From NCBI GenBank assembly GCA_965199955.1, contig CBDATQ010000002.1, positions 1,088,001 through 1,152,000 on the forward strand: 64,000 nucleotides of DNA. Direction: 5' to 3'. This stretch comes from Spirochaetia bacterium. GTDB lineage: Bacteria; Spirochaetota; Spirochaetia; SZUA-6; Bin103. The position numbers were made by a program, and so were the translations under genes. This document shows positions 18,578 through 28,506 of this stretch, one piece after another. The notes under the pieces were generated by a model. The model ran no database searches and had not been told where the DNA came from. It saw only the letters and a list, made by a program, of their open reading frames with translations. Every line of letters starts with the position of its first letter. The first letter of the stretch is position 1.

Positions 18578-19648
18578 ATGCCAGACACCAGCGACACACC
18601 ATCCGTGTACCACGCCGACGAGCTCCAGCGTTTCGCCGAGGAGGTGATCGAATGCACCGGCACGGGGGCGGAGCAGGCGGCAGTGGTGGCGCGCCACCTG
18701 GTCGACGGCAACCTTGCGGGGCTCGAGTCGCATGGGGTCATGCGCCTGCGCCAGTACCACGACGCCGTCCAGTCGGGCCAGATCGACCCCGCCGTGCTGC
18801 CGGCCGTCGAATCCGAGACCGCCGGCACGGCCGTGGTCGACGCCCGCGCGGGCTGGGGCGCGCCGGCCGGGTACCTGGCCGTGGAGCTGGCGGAGCGCAA
18901 GGCGCGGGCGGTCGGCGTCGCCGCCGTCAGCGTCAAGAACGCCGCCCACATCGGGCGCTCCGGCTCGTACGTGCTGCGCCTCGCCGAGCACGGCCTGGTG
19001 GCACAGCTCTTCTGCGGCCTGGTGCATGCCGCGTTCGTCGTACCGTGGGGCGGCCGCGAGGCGCGGTTCGGCACCAACCCGATCGCGATCGCCATACCGG
19101 GCGGCGACGGGCCGGTGGTCATGGACATCGCCACCAGCGCGACCGCCGAAGGCAAGGTGCAGGTGTACCGCAACGCCGGGCGGACCATGCCCGAGGGGAT
19201 GCTCATCGACGCCAGCGGACACCCGAGCACCGACCCGAACGACGTCTATCGCGGCGGCGGGATCCTTCCGTTCGGCGGCGTGAACGGCCACAAGGGCTAC
19301 TGCCTTGCCGTGATGGCGGACCTGCTCGGCGGGTCCCTGTCCGGCTCGCATGTCGGCGTGATGGCCGGGAGCTTCCGCAACCACTTTCTGCTGACCGCCA
19401 TCGACCCCGAAGCGCTCGGCGGCGCCGACGCGATGCGGGCCATCGTGGACGAGTACTCGCAGTGGCTGAAGAGCTCGGCGACCCAGCCGGGCTTCACGGA
19501 GGTCCTCATGCCGGGCGAGCCGGAGTCGCGCAACGCCGCCGAGCGCCTCCGCGACGGAGTCCCGCTCGACGCGTCCACCGTCGAGCTCCTGGACGTGCTG
19601 GCTGACGAGATCGGCATTCCCCGCATCGACAGGATGAGCGGCCGGTAA
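18578..19648 (+). CDS. Ldh_2-family (malate/L-lactate/L-sulfolactate) dehydrogenase
   Basis: SHG, HIG, GTNPIA, DIATS, GHKG, PGE.E. Confidence 0.9.
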   Translation: MPDTSDTPSVYHADELQRFAEEVIECTGTGAEQAAVVARHLVDGNLAGLESHGVMRLRQYHDAVQSGQIDPAVLPAVESETAGTAVVDARAGWGAPAGYLAVELAERKARAVGVAAVSVKNAAHIGRSGSYVLRLAEHGLVAQLFCGLVHAAFVVPWGGREARFGTNPIAIAIPGGDGPVVMDIATSATAEGKVQVYRNAGRTMPEGMLIDASGHPSTDPNDVYRGGGILPFGGVNGHKGYCLAVMADLLGGSLSGSHVGVMAGSFRNHFLLTAIDPEALGGADAMRAIVDEYSQWLKSSATQPGFTEVLMPGEPESRNAAERLRDGVPLDASTVELLDVLADEIGIPRIDRMSGR

Positions 19649-19683
19649 CGGTATCGGCGCGCTCTCCATGGGAAGCAGCCGCC

Positions 19684-19723
19684 TTGACCATACGTATATT
19701 ATCCTGTATATGGATACGTATGG
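19684..19723 (+). promoter_or_regulatory. Toxin-antitoxin promoter with palindromic operator
   Basis: TTGACC-N17-TATATG, and a 10-bp inverted repeat CCATACGTAT (19688-19697) / ATACGTATGG (19714-19723) overlapping the start codon. Confidence 0.7.
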
Positions 19724-19977
19724 CCGGCAGCGTGAAACTGACTCTGAGCGTGGACGGGAACCTGATCGACAGGGCAAAGCGGTATGCGCGCCGACACGAC
19801 AGGAGTCTCTCGGACCTCGTTTCGAGCTATCTGCGGCAGATCACCGGCGACGAACGGGATGCGGACGATGTCGACCCGCTTGTTCGTGATGTCGCCGATG
19901 AAATACCGATGGATCAGGTCGCGGATCTCGAAGACGCCAAGTACCGGCATCTGAAAGACAAGTACCTGCGTGCGTAG
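19720..19977 (+). CDS. Ribbon-helix-helix antitoxin (DUF6364-like)
   Basis: KLTLSVD..LIDRAK.YA....SLS.LV..YL; ends HLKDKYL; overlaps the PIN gene. Confidence 0.8.
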   Translation: MAGSVKLTLSVDGNLIDRAKRYARRHDRSLSDLVSSYLRQITGDERDADDVDPLVRDVADEIPMDQVADLEDAKYRHLKDKYLRA

Positions 19978-20419
19978 TGCCTTCCTCGATGCGGATGTCA
20001 TCCTGGATCTGTTCATCAGCAGGGAGCCGCACCACACCGAGGCACTCAAGCTCTTCTCGCGGCTGCGTCGGGCGGGGTTCAGGTGCGGAACCTCCCCGTT
20101 GGTGATCGCCAATGTCCACTACGTTCTCGGCCGCATCAAGACCACGCGTTATGCTCTCGGCCGGATCGGAAGGCTCAGAACCCTGGTCGGAATCGTCACG
20201 GTCACCGAAGCGGAGATCGACGCGGCAATCGCATCCCCGTACCGGGATTTCGAGGACAGCGTTCAGTACCATTGCGCGCTTGCGGCGGGATTCGACACGC
20301 TGATTACGCGCAACACACGACACTATCCCAAGGGCCGGCTCACCATCATGACTCCACGGCAGTACCTGGACATGATCGGGACGCCGAAACCCGGATGGGA
20401 GGCGCCGCCGACCGCCTGA
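19970..20419 (+). CDS. PIN-domain toxin (VapC-like)
   Basis: FLDADVILD, DFEDSVQY..A, ITRN..HY. Confidence 0.88.
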   Translation: MRSAFLDADVILDLFISREPHHTEALKLFSRLRRAGFRCGTSPLVIANVHYVLGRIKTTRYALGRIGRLRTLVGIVTVTEAEIDAAIASPYRDFEDSVQYHCALAAGFDTLITRNTRHYPKGRLTIMTPRQYLDMIGTPKPGWEAPPTA

Positions 20420-20474
20420 AAGCCTCAGGTGCCATGGGCGGTGCACGCATTCATCCTGACAAGGAGCAACATCG

Positions 20475-21401
20475 ATGAACGAAGCAGACGGCGACTGGGA
20501 CATGCGCGGCGTGGTCGTGCCGATTCTTACGCCTCTCAAGCCGGACGAGGAGGTCGACGTGGCGTCGTTGCGGCGCCTCACGAACTACGTCATCGACGGC
20601 GGCGTCCACGGCATCTGGGCGGCCGGCACGACGGGCGAGTTCGCGGCCCTGAACGCGCCGGCCCGCCGATTGGTGATCGAGACCGTGGTGGACGAGGCGG
20701 CCGGCCGCGTGCCCGTGATCGGCAACGTATCCGCGCCCGCGACGCGGGCCACGGTCGCCGCCGCGGAGGCGCTCCGTGACTGTCCTGTCACGGGTGTCGC
20801 CGCGACCCCGCCGTACTACTACAGCAACACCCAGGATGAGCTGCTCGATCACTTCCGCGCGATCGCCGACCGCTCTGCGCAGCCGCTGTGGGTGTACGAC
20901 ATACCCAGCACCGTCAAGGTGACGGTCGAGCCGGAGACTATCGCCACGCTGGCCGCCGACGGCACCGTCGCGGGGGTCAAGGACAGCACCGGCGCCGGCG
21001 AGACGTTCGCGCAACTCGTCATGCTCTGCCGGAGGCGCAACCTCGCCCTGTACCGGTTCGTCGGCTCCGTGTGGCGCGCGACCATGCCGGGTATCGGGGC
21101 TCACGGCATCATCCCCGGCATCGGCAACCTGGCGCCACGCAGCGTGTCCGGCGCCTGGGAGGCCGGCCAACGCGGCGACGAGGAGACCGCAGGGCGCTGC
21201 CTCGACCAGGTGCTGGCGGCCACGCGGCTGACCCGAATCCGGACCGGCGGCAGCGCCGGTTGCGGCTTCTCCGGGATCAAGTGTGCGCTGAAGCTGATGG
21301 GGGTCCTCGAACACGACACGGTGTCCGCTCCGTTCCGGGGGCTGGACGAAGCGGAGAGGGAGCGAATACCGCCGCTGCTGGAGGAGCTGGGACTCCGTTG
21401 A
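20475..21401 (+). CDS. Dihydrodipicolinate synthase/N-acetylneuraminate lyase-family aldolase
   Basis: GTTGE, PPYY, YDIP, GVKDS; AAGGAG ribosome-binding site upstream. Confidence 0.9.
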   Translation: MNEADGDWDMRGVVVPILTPLKPDEEVDVASLRRLTNYVIDGGVHGIWAAGTTGEFAALNAPARRLVIETVVDEAAGRVPVIGNVSAPATRATVAAAEALRDCPVTGVAATPPYYYSNTQDELLDHFRAIADRSAQPLWVYDIPSTVKVTVEPETIATLAADGTVAGVKDSTGAGETFAQLVMLCRRRNLALYRFVGSVWRATMPGIGAHGIIPGIGNLAPRSVSGAWEAGQRGDEETAGRCLDQVLAATRLTRIRTGGSAGCGFSGIKCALKLMGVLEHDTVSAPFRGLDEAERERIPPLLEELGLR

Positions 21402-21410
21402 AGCCCGCAC

Positions 21411-22313
21411 ATGGGCCGTAGCCGGGTCTTCACGACCGCGGAGAGCGCCAACCCCGGAGCCTTCACCGCGATCGATTGGGCGCTGTTCTGTTCGATTTCG
21501 ACGATCTGGGGCGCGTCGTTCCTGCTCATCGACATCGCCCTCGACTCGTTCCGCCCCGGCCTCGTCACCTTCCTGCGGGCCGCGGGCGGTGCGGTGACCC
21601 TGTGGCTGGTCCCCGCCGCGCGCAGGCCGCTGGCGGCCGAGGACCGGCTGCGGGTGGTCGTGCTGTCGTTCGTCTGGGTGGCGGTGCCGTTCACGATCTT
21701 CCCGGTGGCCCAGCAATGGGTGAACTCGGCGCTCACCGGCATGCTCAACGGGGCGATGCCGATCTTCGCGGCGCTCCTGGCCACGACGCTGCTGCGGCGC
21801 ATGCCGCGGCCGGCACGGCTCGCCGGGTTGCTCATTGGATCGGTCGGCGTCACCGCCATCGCCTGGTCGACCGCGGCGCCGGGAGCCACCAGCGCCGCAG
21901 GAGTCGCGCTGATACTGTGCGCGACCCTGTGCTACGGCGTGGCGGTCAACCTGGCCGTTCCCCTGCAGCAGCGCTATGGAGCGGTGCCGGCGATGGCCCG
22001 CGTCGTGGCGCTCGGGGCGCTGTGGACGGCACCATACGGCCTGTACGGGCTGGGCGGCTCCGCCGTCGGCTGGTCCGCCCTGCTTGCCGTACTGGCCGTC
22101 GGAGTCGTGGGTACCGGCGTCGCCTACTGGATCATGGGCACCCTGGTCGGCCGCGCGGGCTCGGTGCGCGCATCGTTCATCACCTACCTGATCCCGGTGG
22201 TGGCGCTGGTGCTGGGTGTCGCCGTTCGCGGTGACCGGGTGGGGGGACTGGCCGTCGCTGGTGTTGTGCTGGCTACCATCGGCGCTCTGCTGGCAGCCCG
22301 CCGCGAACGCTGA
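21411..22313 (+). CDS. DMT/EamA-family transporter
   Basis: IWGASF, about 10 hydrophobic helices, TYLIPVVA..LG. Confidence 0.88.
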   Translation: MGRSRVFTTAESANPGAFTAIDWALFCSISTIWGASFLLIDIALDSFRPGLVTFLRAAGGAVTLWLVPAARRPLAAEDRLRVVVLSFVWVAVPFTIFPVAQQWVNSALTGMLNGAMPIFAALLATTLLRRMPRPARLAGLLIGSVGVTAIAWSTAAPGATSAAGVALILCATLCYGVAVNLAVPLQQRYGAVPAMARVVALGALWTAPYGLYGLGGSAVGWSALLAVLAVGVVGTGVAYWIMGTLVGRAGSVRASFITYLIPVVALVLGVAVRGDRVGGLAVAGVVLATIGALLAARRER

Positions 22314-22393
22314 CCGCTCCGTCGCGCCGGCACCGCGGCCGCAGGCCAGTTGACGCCGCGCGACAAACCGACAGACTTCCATGCTGAGCATGC

Positions 22394-25108
22394 ATGGCTG
22401 ACGATTCCCCCCGCTGGGTCCATCGAGGGTTCGATGCCTTCCGGCAAGGCGAGTTCGACAACGGCGGCGACAACCTGTACGTGACCGCCGCCGGCGCCGT
22501 CGAGTGGATCCATCGCACCGACACGAACGGCGACGGCCACGTCGACCTGGTGTTCCCGAACTCGCACGGATACGACGAGCGCGGGCCGACCTGGATCTAC
22601 ACGCAGCCGCATGCTCCAGGCGGGGAATGGGGCAGGCGGGAGCTCCCCAACGACAGTGGCTGGATGAGCCGGGCGGTCGACGTGGACGGCGACGGCCACC
22701 TGGACCTGGTGGTCATCAACGCCGAGAACGGCGTCACCTCCGAGCTTTCGTCCTACGTCTACTGGGGCGGCCCCGGCGGCCTGACCGGCGAGCGCGTCGA
22801 GCTGCCCACCGCCGGTGCCTACGACTTCGCCGCAGCCGACCTGACTGGCAACGGATTGCCCGACCTGATCATCCCTTCGGCATGGGTGGACCACCACAAC
22901 GCCGGCGAGCCGCGGCCGCTGCACGTCTTTCAGCAAACGCGCCCGCGCGTGTTCGAGGACGCCAGCGAGCGGTTCGGCATCCCCGGCGTCGCCGCCTTGG
23001 CGGTCGCCTGCGCGGACCTGGACGGCGACGGCGAGCTGGAGCTGGTGGTGGCCAACTACCGCGAGGGGTTCGAGTACGACACCGACTCCTTCATCTACCG
23101 CCGGCAGGGCGTCGGATTCGTCTTGGATCGCCCGCTGCGCCTGCCTACCCACTACGCGATGCAGGTGGAGTTGGCCGATCTGGACGGTGACGGCGCCAGG
23201 GAGGTGATCTTCGCCGGCGGCAACCAGGTGCAGATCTACTGGAACCGCGGCGGACGCTTCTCCCCGGACGACCGGACGATCCTGCCGGTCGAAGGCAACT
23301 GGACGCTGTTCACGCAAGGTGCGGTGCGGGTGGCATGTGCCGACGTCGATGGCGACGGCCGCGACGAGTTGCTCGTCGTGACTCGCGAGGGCGTGCAGAT
23401 CCGGTCGGCCGACGCGCTCGACCGGGTGAGGCAGACGCTGCCGCTGCCGAATTGCAGTTGGCTGTCCGCCGCCGACCTGGACGGGGACGGGCGCATGGAC
23501 CTGATCGCCTCGCGCCTCGAGGACGGACGCTCGTACGAGACGGAGTCGGTCGTGTTCTGGAACGGCCCGGAGGGACTTTCCAAGAGCCGGGTCACCACGT
23601 TGCCCACCAGGGGCGCGATGGGATGCACGGCAGCCGACCTGGACGGCGACGGCCGGCCGGAGATCGTGTTCAACAACACGATGGCCGGTCCGTCGCAGAA
23701 CGATCCCGACTTCCCGCTGTACGTCTACCCGGGCGGCCCCGGCGGCAGCTTCGACCCGCGGCGGCGGCTGGAGCTGCCGGCGGGGGGCACCAACACCTAC
23801 GTCCTGGCCGACCTCGACCAGGACGGCCATGCCGACCTGGTGTGCACGGGGCGAGACGGCCTTCGCGTGTTCCACGGCGGCCGGGACGGCCTGCATCCCG
23901 ACCGCTGCACGTTCCTTCCCGGCCGCGGGCAGTTCTTCCACTACGTGCAGGTGGGCGACTTCGACCGCGACGGCTGGCTGGACCTGCTAGGTGTGGCCTA
24001 CACCTACGACGACAAGCCGGAGACGATGGCGGCCTCCTCGGTGATCTACCACGGGTCGTCCGACGGCTTCTCCGCCGAGCGCTCCACCGTGCTTCCCACC
24101 TACTGCAAGGGCAACGCCCGCGTGGCCGACCTGACCGGCGACGGGTGGCTGGACGTGGTGTTCTACAACCCGAGCGGACATCTGGCCGTCTACCACGGCG
24201 GACCGCGCGACTTCTCCACCGAGCGGATGAGCCGTATCGAGCTGGACCTGGGCGGAGACGGCAACGTCGCGGCGATCAACTGCGCCGACCTGACCGGCAA
24301 CGGCTGGCTGGATCTGATCGTGGTCGTCATGGGCCACTACACGCGCATGGAGTCGGGGTTCCACATCCTGCACGGCGGACCCGACGGCTACGCGCAGGAG
24401 CGAAGCGAGTACCACCGCACGGACGCGTCCAGCATCCTGCTGACCGTCGCGGACGTGAACGGCGACGGCCACCTCGACCTGCTGGTGCCGGCCTACTCGA
24501 CCCAGTTCAGCCGCGTGCTGCCGGCGCACATCTACTGGGGCGCGCCGGACGGCATCGACTACGAGCATCCGACGGTGATCCCGTGCGACTCGTCCTGCGC
24601 CTTCCAGGTGGTCGACATGACCGGCAACGGCTACCGCGACGTGTTGACCGTGTGCCACCGCACCGACCTGGGCCACCGGGTCGACTCGCTGCTGTTCCAC
24701 AACGGGCCTGACGGTCTCGATCTGGACCACCCGGTGAGGCTGCCGGGGATGGGTCCGCACCTGAGCACGCCGCGCGACTTCGGCAACGCATTCACGCGTG
24801 AGCCGTGCGAGCGCTACCGCTCGCCGCCGTACGAGCTGGCCGGCAGGCGCCCGGTGCGGGTGGACTGGATCGCGGACGCGCCGCCGCGCACGTCGGTCGA
24901 GCTGCAACTCCGGTGGGCTGTTTCGCGCGAGGAGCTGGCCACGGCGCCGTGGCAGGGCGCGGACGGCGCAGGCACGACCTTCGCCCAACCCGGCCGCGTG
25001 GTGGGGTTCGCCGGCCCGCAGCGCTGGCTTCAGTACCAGGCGACGCTGACCTCGCTCGACGGCTGCAGCACGCCGTCGCTGCGCGAGGTGAGCGCCGAGT
25101 TCGCTTAA
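22394..25108 (+). CDS. FG-GAP/VCBS repeat beta-propeller protein
   Basis: About a dozen D(L/V)xGDGxxD/E(L/I) calcium-blade motifs with YWG/FHG spacers; no signal peptide. Confidence 0.88.
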   Translation: MADDSPRWVHRGFDAFRQGEFDNGGDNLYVTAAGAVEWIHRTDTNGDGHVDLVFPNSHGYDERGPTWIYTQPHAPGGEWGRRELPNDSGWMSRAVDVDGDGHLDLVVINAENGVTSELSSYVYWGGPGGLTGERVELPTAGAYDFAAADLTGNGLPDLIIPSAWVDHHNAGEPRPLHVFQQTRPRVFEDASERFGIPGVAALAVACADLDGDGELELVVANYREGFEYDTDSFIYRRQGVGFVLDRPLRLPTHYAMQVELADLDGDGAREVIFAGGNQVQIYWNRGGRFSPDDRTILPVEGNWTLFTQGAVRVACADVDGDGRDELLVVTREGVQIRSADALDRVRQTLPLPNCSWLSAADLDGDGRMDLIASRLEDGRSYETESVVFWNGPEGLSKSRVTTLPTRGAMGCTAADLDGDGRPEIVFNNTMAGPSQNDPDFPLYVYPGGPGGSFDPRRRLELPAGGTNTYVLADLDQDGHADLVCTGRDGLRVFHGGRDGLHPDRCTFLPGRGQFFHYVQVGDFDRDGWLDLLGVAYTYDDKPETMAASSVIYHGSSDGFSAERSTVLPTYCKGNARVADLTGDGWLDVVFYNPSGHLAVYHGGPRDFSTERMSRIELDLGGDGNVAAINCADLTGNGWLDLIVVVMGHYTRMESGFHILHGGPDGYAQERSEYHRTDASSILLTVADVNGDGHLDLLVPAYSTQFSRVLPAHIYWGAPDGIDYEHPTVIPCDSSCAFQVVDMTGNGYRDVLTVCHRTDLGHRVDSLLFHNGPDGLDLDHPVRLPGMGPHLSTPRDFGNAFTREPCERYRSPPYELAGRRPVRVDWIADAPPRTSVELQLRWAVSREELATAPWQGADGAGTTFAQPGRVVGFAGPQRWLQYQATLTSLDGCSTPSLREVSAEFA

Positions 25109-25124
25109 GGCGTACACTCGCCGC

Positions 25125-26933
25125 ATGGCAGAGCAGACGCTGGTCGATGAACGGCAGTACGTCGCGGCGGGCACGGTCGAGTCCGTGCGCGCCAGGGGGG
25201 GCGTCCTGGTCGAGGGCGACGGGGTCACCATCGCCGTGTTCGCCGACGGCGACCGCATCGCCGCGGTGGACAACCGCTGCCCGCACATGGGCTTCCCGCT
25301 GCACCGCGGCTCGCTGCACGACGGCATCCTGACCTGCCACTGGCATCACGCCCGCTTCGACCTCGTCTCGGGCTGCGCGTTCGACCTGTTCGCCGACGAC
25401 GTGCCGTCCTACCAGGTGCGCATCGCCGACGGACAGGTGCTGGTCGCGCGCAGCCCGCGCCAGCGCGCCGACGCGGCGTTCTATTCCGGCCGGCTGCAAC
25501 GCGGGCTCGACATCGGCGTGGGGCTGATCCAGGCCAAGGCGCTGCTCGGCCTGCTCGACGAGGACCGGGACCCGTCCGGCGTGATCGCGACGGTCGCCGA
25601 GTTCGCCACGCGCAGGCTGGCGAGCTGGGGCGAGGGCCTGGTACGCCTGACCTGCGTGGCCAACCTGGCGCCGTACCTGAGCGACGACACGCGCTACCTG
25701 GCGCTGTTCTACGCCACTCGGCAGATCGCCGCCGAGGCGTCGGGAGCGGTGCCGCACCGCCTGCGCGGGGCGCTGGACGGCGACGGCCGCAGGCTCGACG
25801 AGCTGTCCGGCTGGCTTGCGACCTTCGTCGGCGCCCGCCACGCGGACGGGGTCGAGCGCACGTTGGCCACGGCGCTGCGTACCCTGAGTGACCGCGACGC
25901 CGCCGGCCTGCTGTCCGACGCGGCGGCGCAGCGGCTCTACGCCGAGGGCGGGCACCTGCTCGACTCCTGCAACAAGGTGTTCGAGTTGATGGACCACGTG
26001 GGCGCGGACGACGCGGAGACGCACGTGGCGCTCCTGGCCGGCCGCATCGCCGCGGCGCGCGGTGAGGAGGAGGGGAGCGCCTGGCGGCACCCGGTCGACT
26101 TGGTGAGCGCCGCCCGCGACCTGGAGTCGCGGCTCCCGGAGCTGCTGGCGGTGGGCGGGGACGCGGCGCGCGGGAACGGGGCCTCCGAGGCCGCGCAGGC
26201 TCGCGACGTCGCCGGGCGCCTGCTTCCGGTCCTGCTCGGCGATGACGGCCGCGCGGTGGTGGCGGCGACCGGCGACGAGCTGGCCGGCGGAACCGCCCCC
26301 CGCATCCTGTCGGCCGTGGTCGCCTACGCGGCGGGGCTGCGCCTGGCGCGCTTCTCGGCGTCGAACGACGTGGGCGACTGGTTCAGCGCCCAGCACACCT
26401 TCATCTTCGCCAACGCCGTGGACCGCGCGGTGCGGCGCAACCCCGCGTCCCGCACCGTCGCCGCGATCGTCCAGGCCGCGCTGTCCGTGCACGCCGACCG
26501 GTTCCTGAACGTGCCTCCGGCTCGCCTGCCGGGCGAGCGGGACGGCCTGGACGCGCTGCCCGATGGCCACGACGAGCTGATCGAGCGCCTGCTCGACACC
26601 ATGGACCGCCGCAGCACGCCGGGCGACGCGGACGCGCTGACCGCCCGCTACCTGCGCGCCGGCGGCTCCCTGGAGCGGCTGATCGACACGCTGGCCTACG
26701 CGACGGTGCGCGAGGACCTGGACTTCCACAGCCTGCAGGTGCTGGAGGCGGCGGTCGCGCAGGGGCACACCTGGGGCGACGGCCCGGAGCGGGAGCACCT
26801 GATGATCGGCGTCACCCGCAACCTGGCCGCGCAGTGTCCGACCCGGCGGGGCGGTCTGAGCACGGCCCTGATCGCCCGGCGGCTGCACCGCGGCCAGGCG
26901 CTGTACGCGGACGGCAAGGGCGGGAGCGCCTGA
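25125..26933 (+). CDS. Rieske [2Fe-2S] domain fused to a large uncharacterised helical region
   Basis: NRCPHMGFPL...TCHWHHARFD in the N-terminal ~110 aa. Confidence 0.85.
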   Translation: MAEQTLVDERQYVAAGTVESVRARGGVLVEGDGVTIAVFADGDRIAAVDNRCPHMGFPLHRGSLHDGILTCHWHHARFDLVSGCAFDLFADDVPSYQVRIADGQVLVARSPRQRADAAFYSGRLQRGLDIGVGLIQAKALLGLLDEDRDPSGVIATVAEFATRRLASWGEGLVRLTCVANLAPYLSDDTRYLALFYATRQIAAEASGAVPHRLRGALDGDGRRLDELSGWLATFVGARHADGVERTLATALRTLSDRDAAGLLSDAAAQRLYAEGGHLLDSCNKVFELMDHVGADDAETHVALLAGRIAAARGEEEGSAWRHPVDLVSAARDLESRLPELLAVGGDAARGNGASEAAQARDVAGRLLPVLLGDDGRAVVAATGDELAGGTAPRILSAVVAYAAGLRLARFSASNDVGDWFSAQHTFIFANAVDRAVRRNPASRTVAAIVQAALSVHADRFLNVPPARLPGERDGLDALPDGHDELIERLLDTMDRRSTPGDADALTARYLRAGGSLERLIDTLAYATVREDLDFHSLQVLEAAVAQGHTWGDGPEREHLMIGVTRNLAAQCPTRRGGLSTALIARRLHRGQALYADGKGGSA

Positions 26934-26944
26934 GGGAGATCGTC

Positions 26945-27166
26945 GTGCTGGATCTCCAGACCTTCGCTCCCGGCGACCCGGCCGGCGCTGCGGCCGTGTT
27001 CCGCCGGGACGGCCTGGTCATCATCCGCGACGCGCTCACGCCGGAGCAGCTCGCGCTCGCGCAGGCCGGAGCGCGCCGCGTGGCGGCCGAGCAGATGGCG
27101 GCGATCCCGTTCGAGCCGGCCCGTGCGCAGAGACTCGCCCGCTTCATCGTCGATGACGACGCGTGA
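26945..27166 (+). pseudogene. Internally deleted phytanoyl-CoA dioxygenase (PhyH)-like gene
   Basis: PhyH-type N-terminus (FRRDGLVIIRDALTPEQL) joined directly to a short tail; 73 aa with no HxD...H triad. Confidence 0.6.
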
Positions 27167-27168
27167 GG

Positions 27169-28506
27169 ATGCCAGCAGCCCCGAGCGCGGCACCTCCGAA
27201 TATCCTGTTCGTCTTCACCGATCAGCACCGCTGGGACTGGGTGGGGTACGAGGGGCGGGTGCCGGTACGCACCCCCAACCTGGACCGGCTCGCCGCGCGT
27301 GGCGTGGCCTTCAGCGGCTGCCGGGTGGCAAGTCCGATGTGCGCGCCCAGCCGCGCCTGCCTGGCCGCCGGCGTGCGCTACGGCCGTTGCCGCGTCGCCG
27401 ACAACCGCGCAGACGCCGATCCGGCGCTGCCGACCTTCATGCAGTCCCTGCGGGCGGCCGGCTACCGGGTAGCGATGTGCGGCAAGAGCGACCTGCACAA
27501 GCGCTCGCACCTGCACGGCCGCTACGGCTGGTCCAGCTTCCTGGGGCGGATGGGCTTCACCGACACCCTCGATCACGCCGGCCACCGCGACAGCGCCGCC
27601 GTCGCCGGCCGGACCGAGCCGATCGAGCCGTACCTGGCGTTCCTGCACGAGCACGGCTTGGCCGTGACGGTGCTGGAGGACTGGGAGCGGCGGCAGCGCC
27701 ACAACGAGGACGGGAAGGGGATCGCCGCATGGCCCTGCCCGCACGGCCGCTTCTTCCAGATCGACGACTTCACGGGCCGGTCGGCGCTCGGTCTCCTGGA
27801 CCGGCTGCCGGCCGGACAGCCCTGGTTCCTGCAGGTGAACTTCTCCGGCCCGCACCCGTATTTCGACGCCTGCCGTGAGCTGCTGGATCGCTACGACGGT
27901 GTCGCGTTCCCGGAGCCGGCCGACGCAACGCCGTCGCCCCACGACCACCAGGCGATCAGGCGCAGCTACGCGGCCAAGATCGAAGGCATCGACGACTGGG
28001 TCGGCTGGATCCGGGACGCCGTGGAGCGGCGCGGCGAGGCGGACAGCACGCTGTTCGCCTTCTCGGCCGACCACGGCGAGATGCTCGGCGAGCGCGGGCT
28101 CTGGGACAAGGGACAGCCGCACGAGGGCTCCGTGCGCGTGCCGCTGGCGGTGTCCGGCCCGGGCGTCGACGCCGGCCGCTGGAGCGACGCGCCGGTCGAG
28201 ACGATCGATCTGGCCGCCACGTTCGTCGAAGCCGCCGGGGCGGAGCCGCAGTCGGGCTGGGATGCCTGCTCGCTCTGGCCGCTGCTGAGCGGCGGCGACC
28301 GACGCACCCGGCCGGTCGCCGAATCGGCGTTCGGTGACTGGCGCCTGCGAACGGACGGCCGCTGGAAACTCATCGAGCGCGCCGCGGCAGCGCCGGAGCT
28401 CTTCGACCTGTGGAACGATCGCGCCGAGCGTTACGACGTGGCCCACCGACACCCCCGGATCGTCGATCGCCTGAAGAGCACACGGGGTCGGCACCGGTCA
28501 GATTGA
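27169..28506 (+). CDS. Sulfatase (Cys-type)
   Basis: PNILFVFTDQHR, CAPSR, GK, GPHP, DHGEMLG, RVPL, ELFDL.ND.AE. Confidence 0.92.
   Translation: MPAAPSAAPPNILFVFTDQHRWDWVGYEGRVPVRTPNLDRLAARGVAFSGCRVASPMCAPSRACLAAGVRYGRCRVADNRADADPALPTFMQSLRAAGYRVAMCGKSDLHKRSHLHGRYGWSSFLGRMGFTDTLDHAGHRDSAAVAGRTEPIEPYLAFLHEHGLAVTVLEDWERRQRHNEDGKGIAAWPCPHGRFFQIDDFTGRSALGLLDRLPAGQPWFLQVNFSGPHPYFDACRELLDRYDGVAFPEPADATPSPHDHQAIRRSYAAKIEGIDDWVGWIRDAVERRGEADSTLFAFSADHGEMLGERGLWDKGQPHEGSVRVPLAVSGPGVDAGRWSDAPVETIDLAATFVEAAGAEPQSGWDACSLWPLLSGGDRRTRPVAESAFGDWRLRTDGRWKLIERAAAAPELFDLWNDRAERYDVAHRHPRIVDRLKSTRGRHRSD

Noticed and set aside
20475..21401. Annotation as lysine-pathway dapA
   Set aside because: The catabolic context and divergent C-terminal half suggest another aldolase of the family.
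22500..24700. Repeated GACCTG..CGGCGACGGC-like DNA units as a CRISPR or tandem array
   Set aside because: They are degenerate, in-frame FG-GAP protein repeats. There are no identical repeats with unique spacers and no cas genes.
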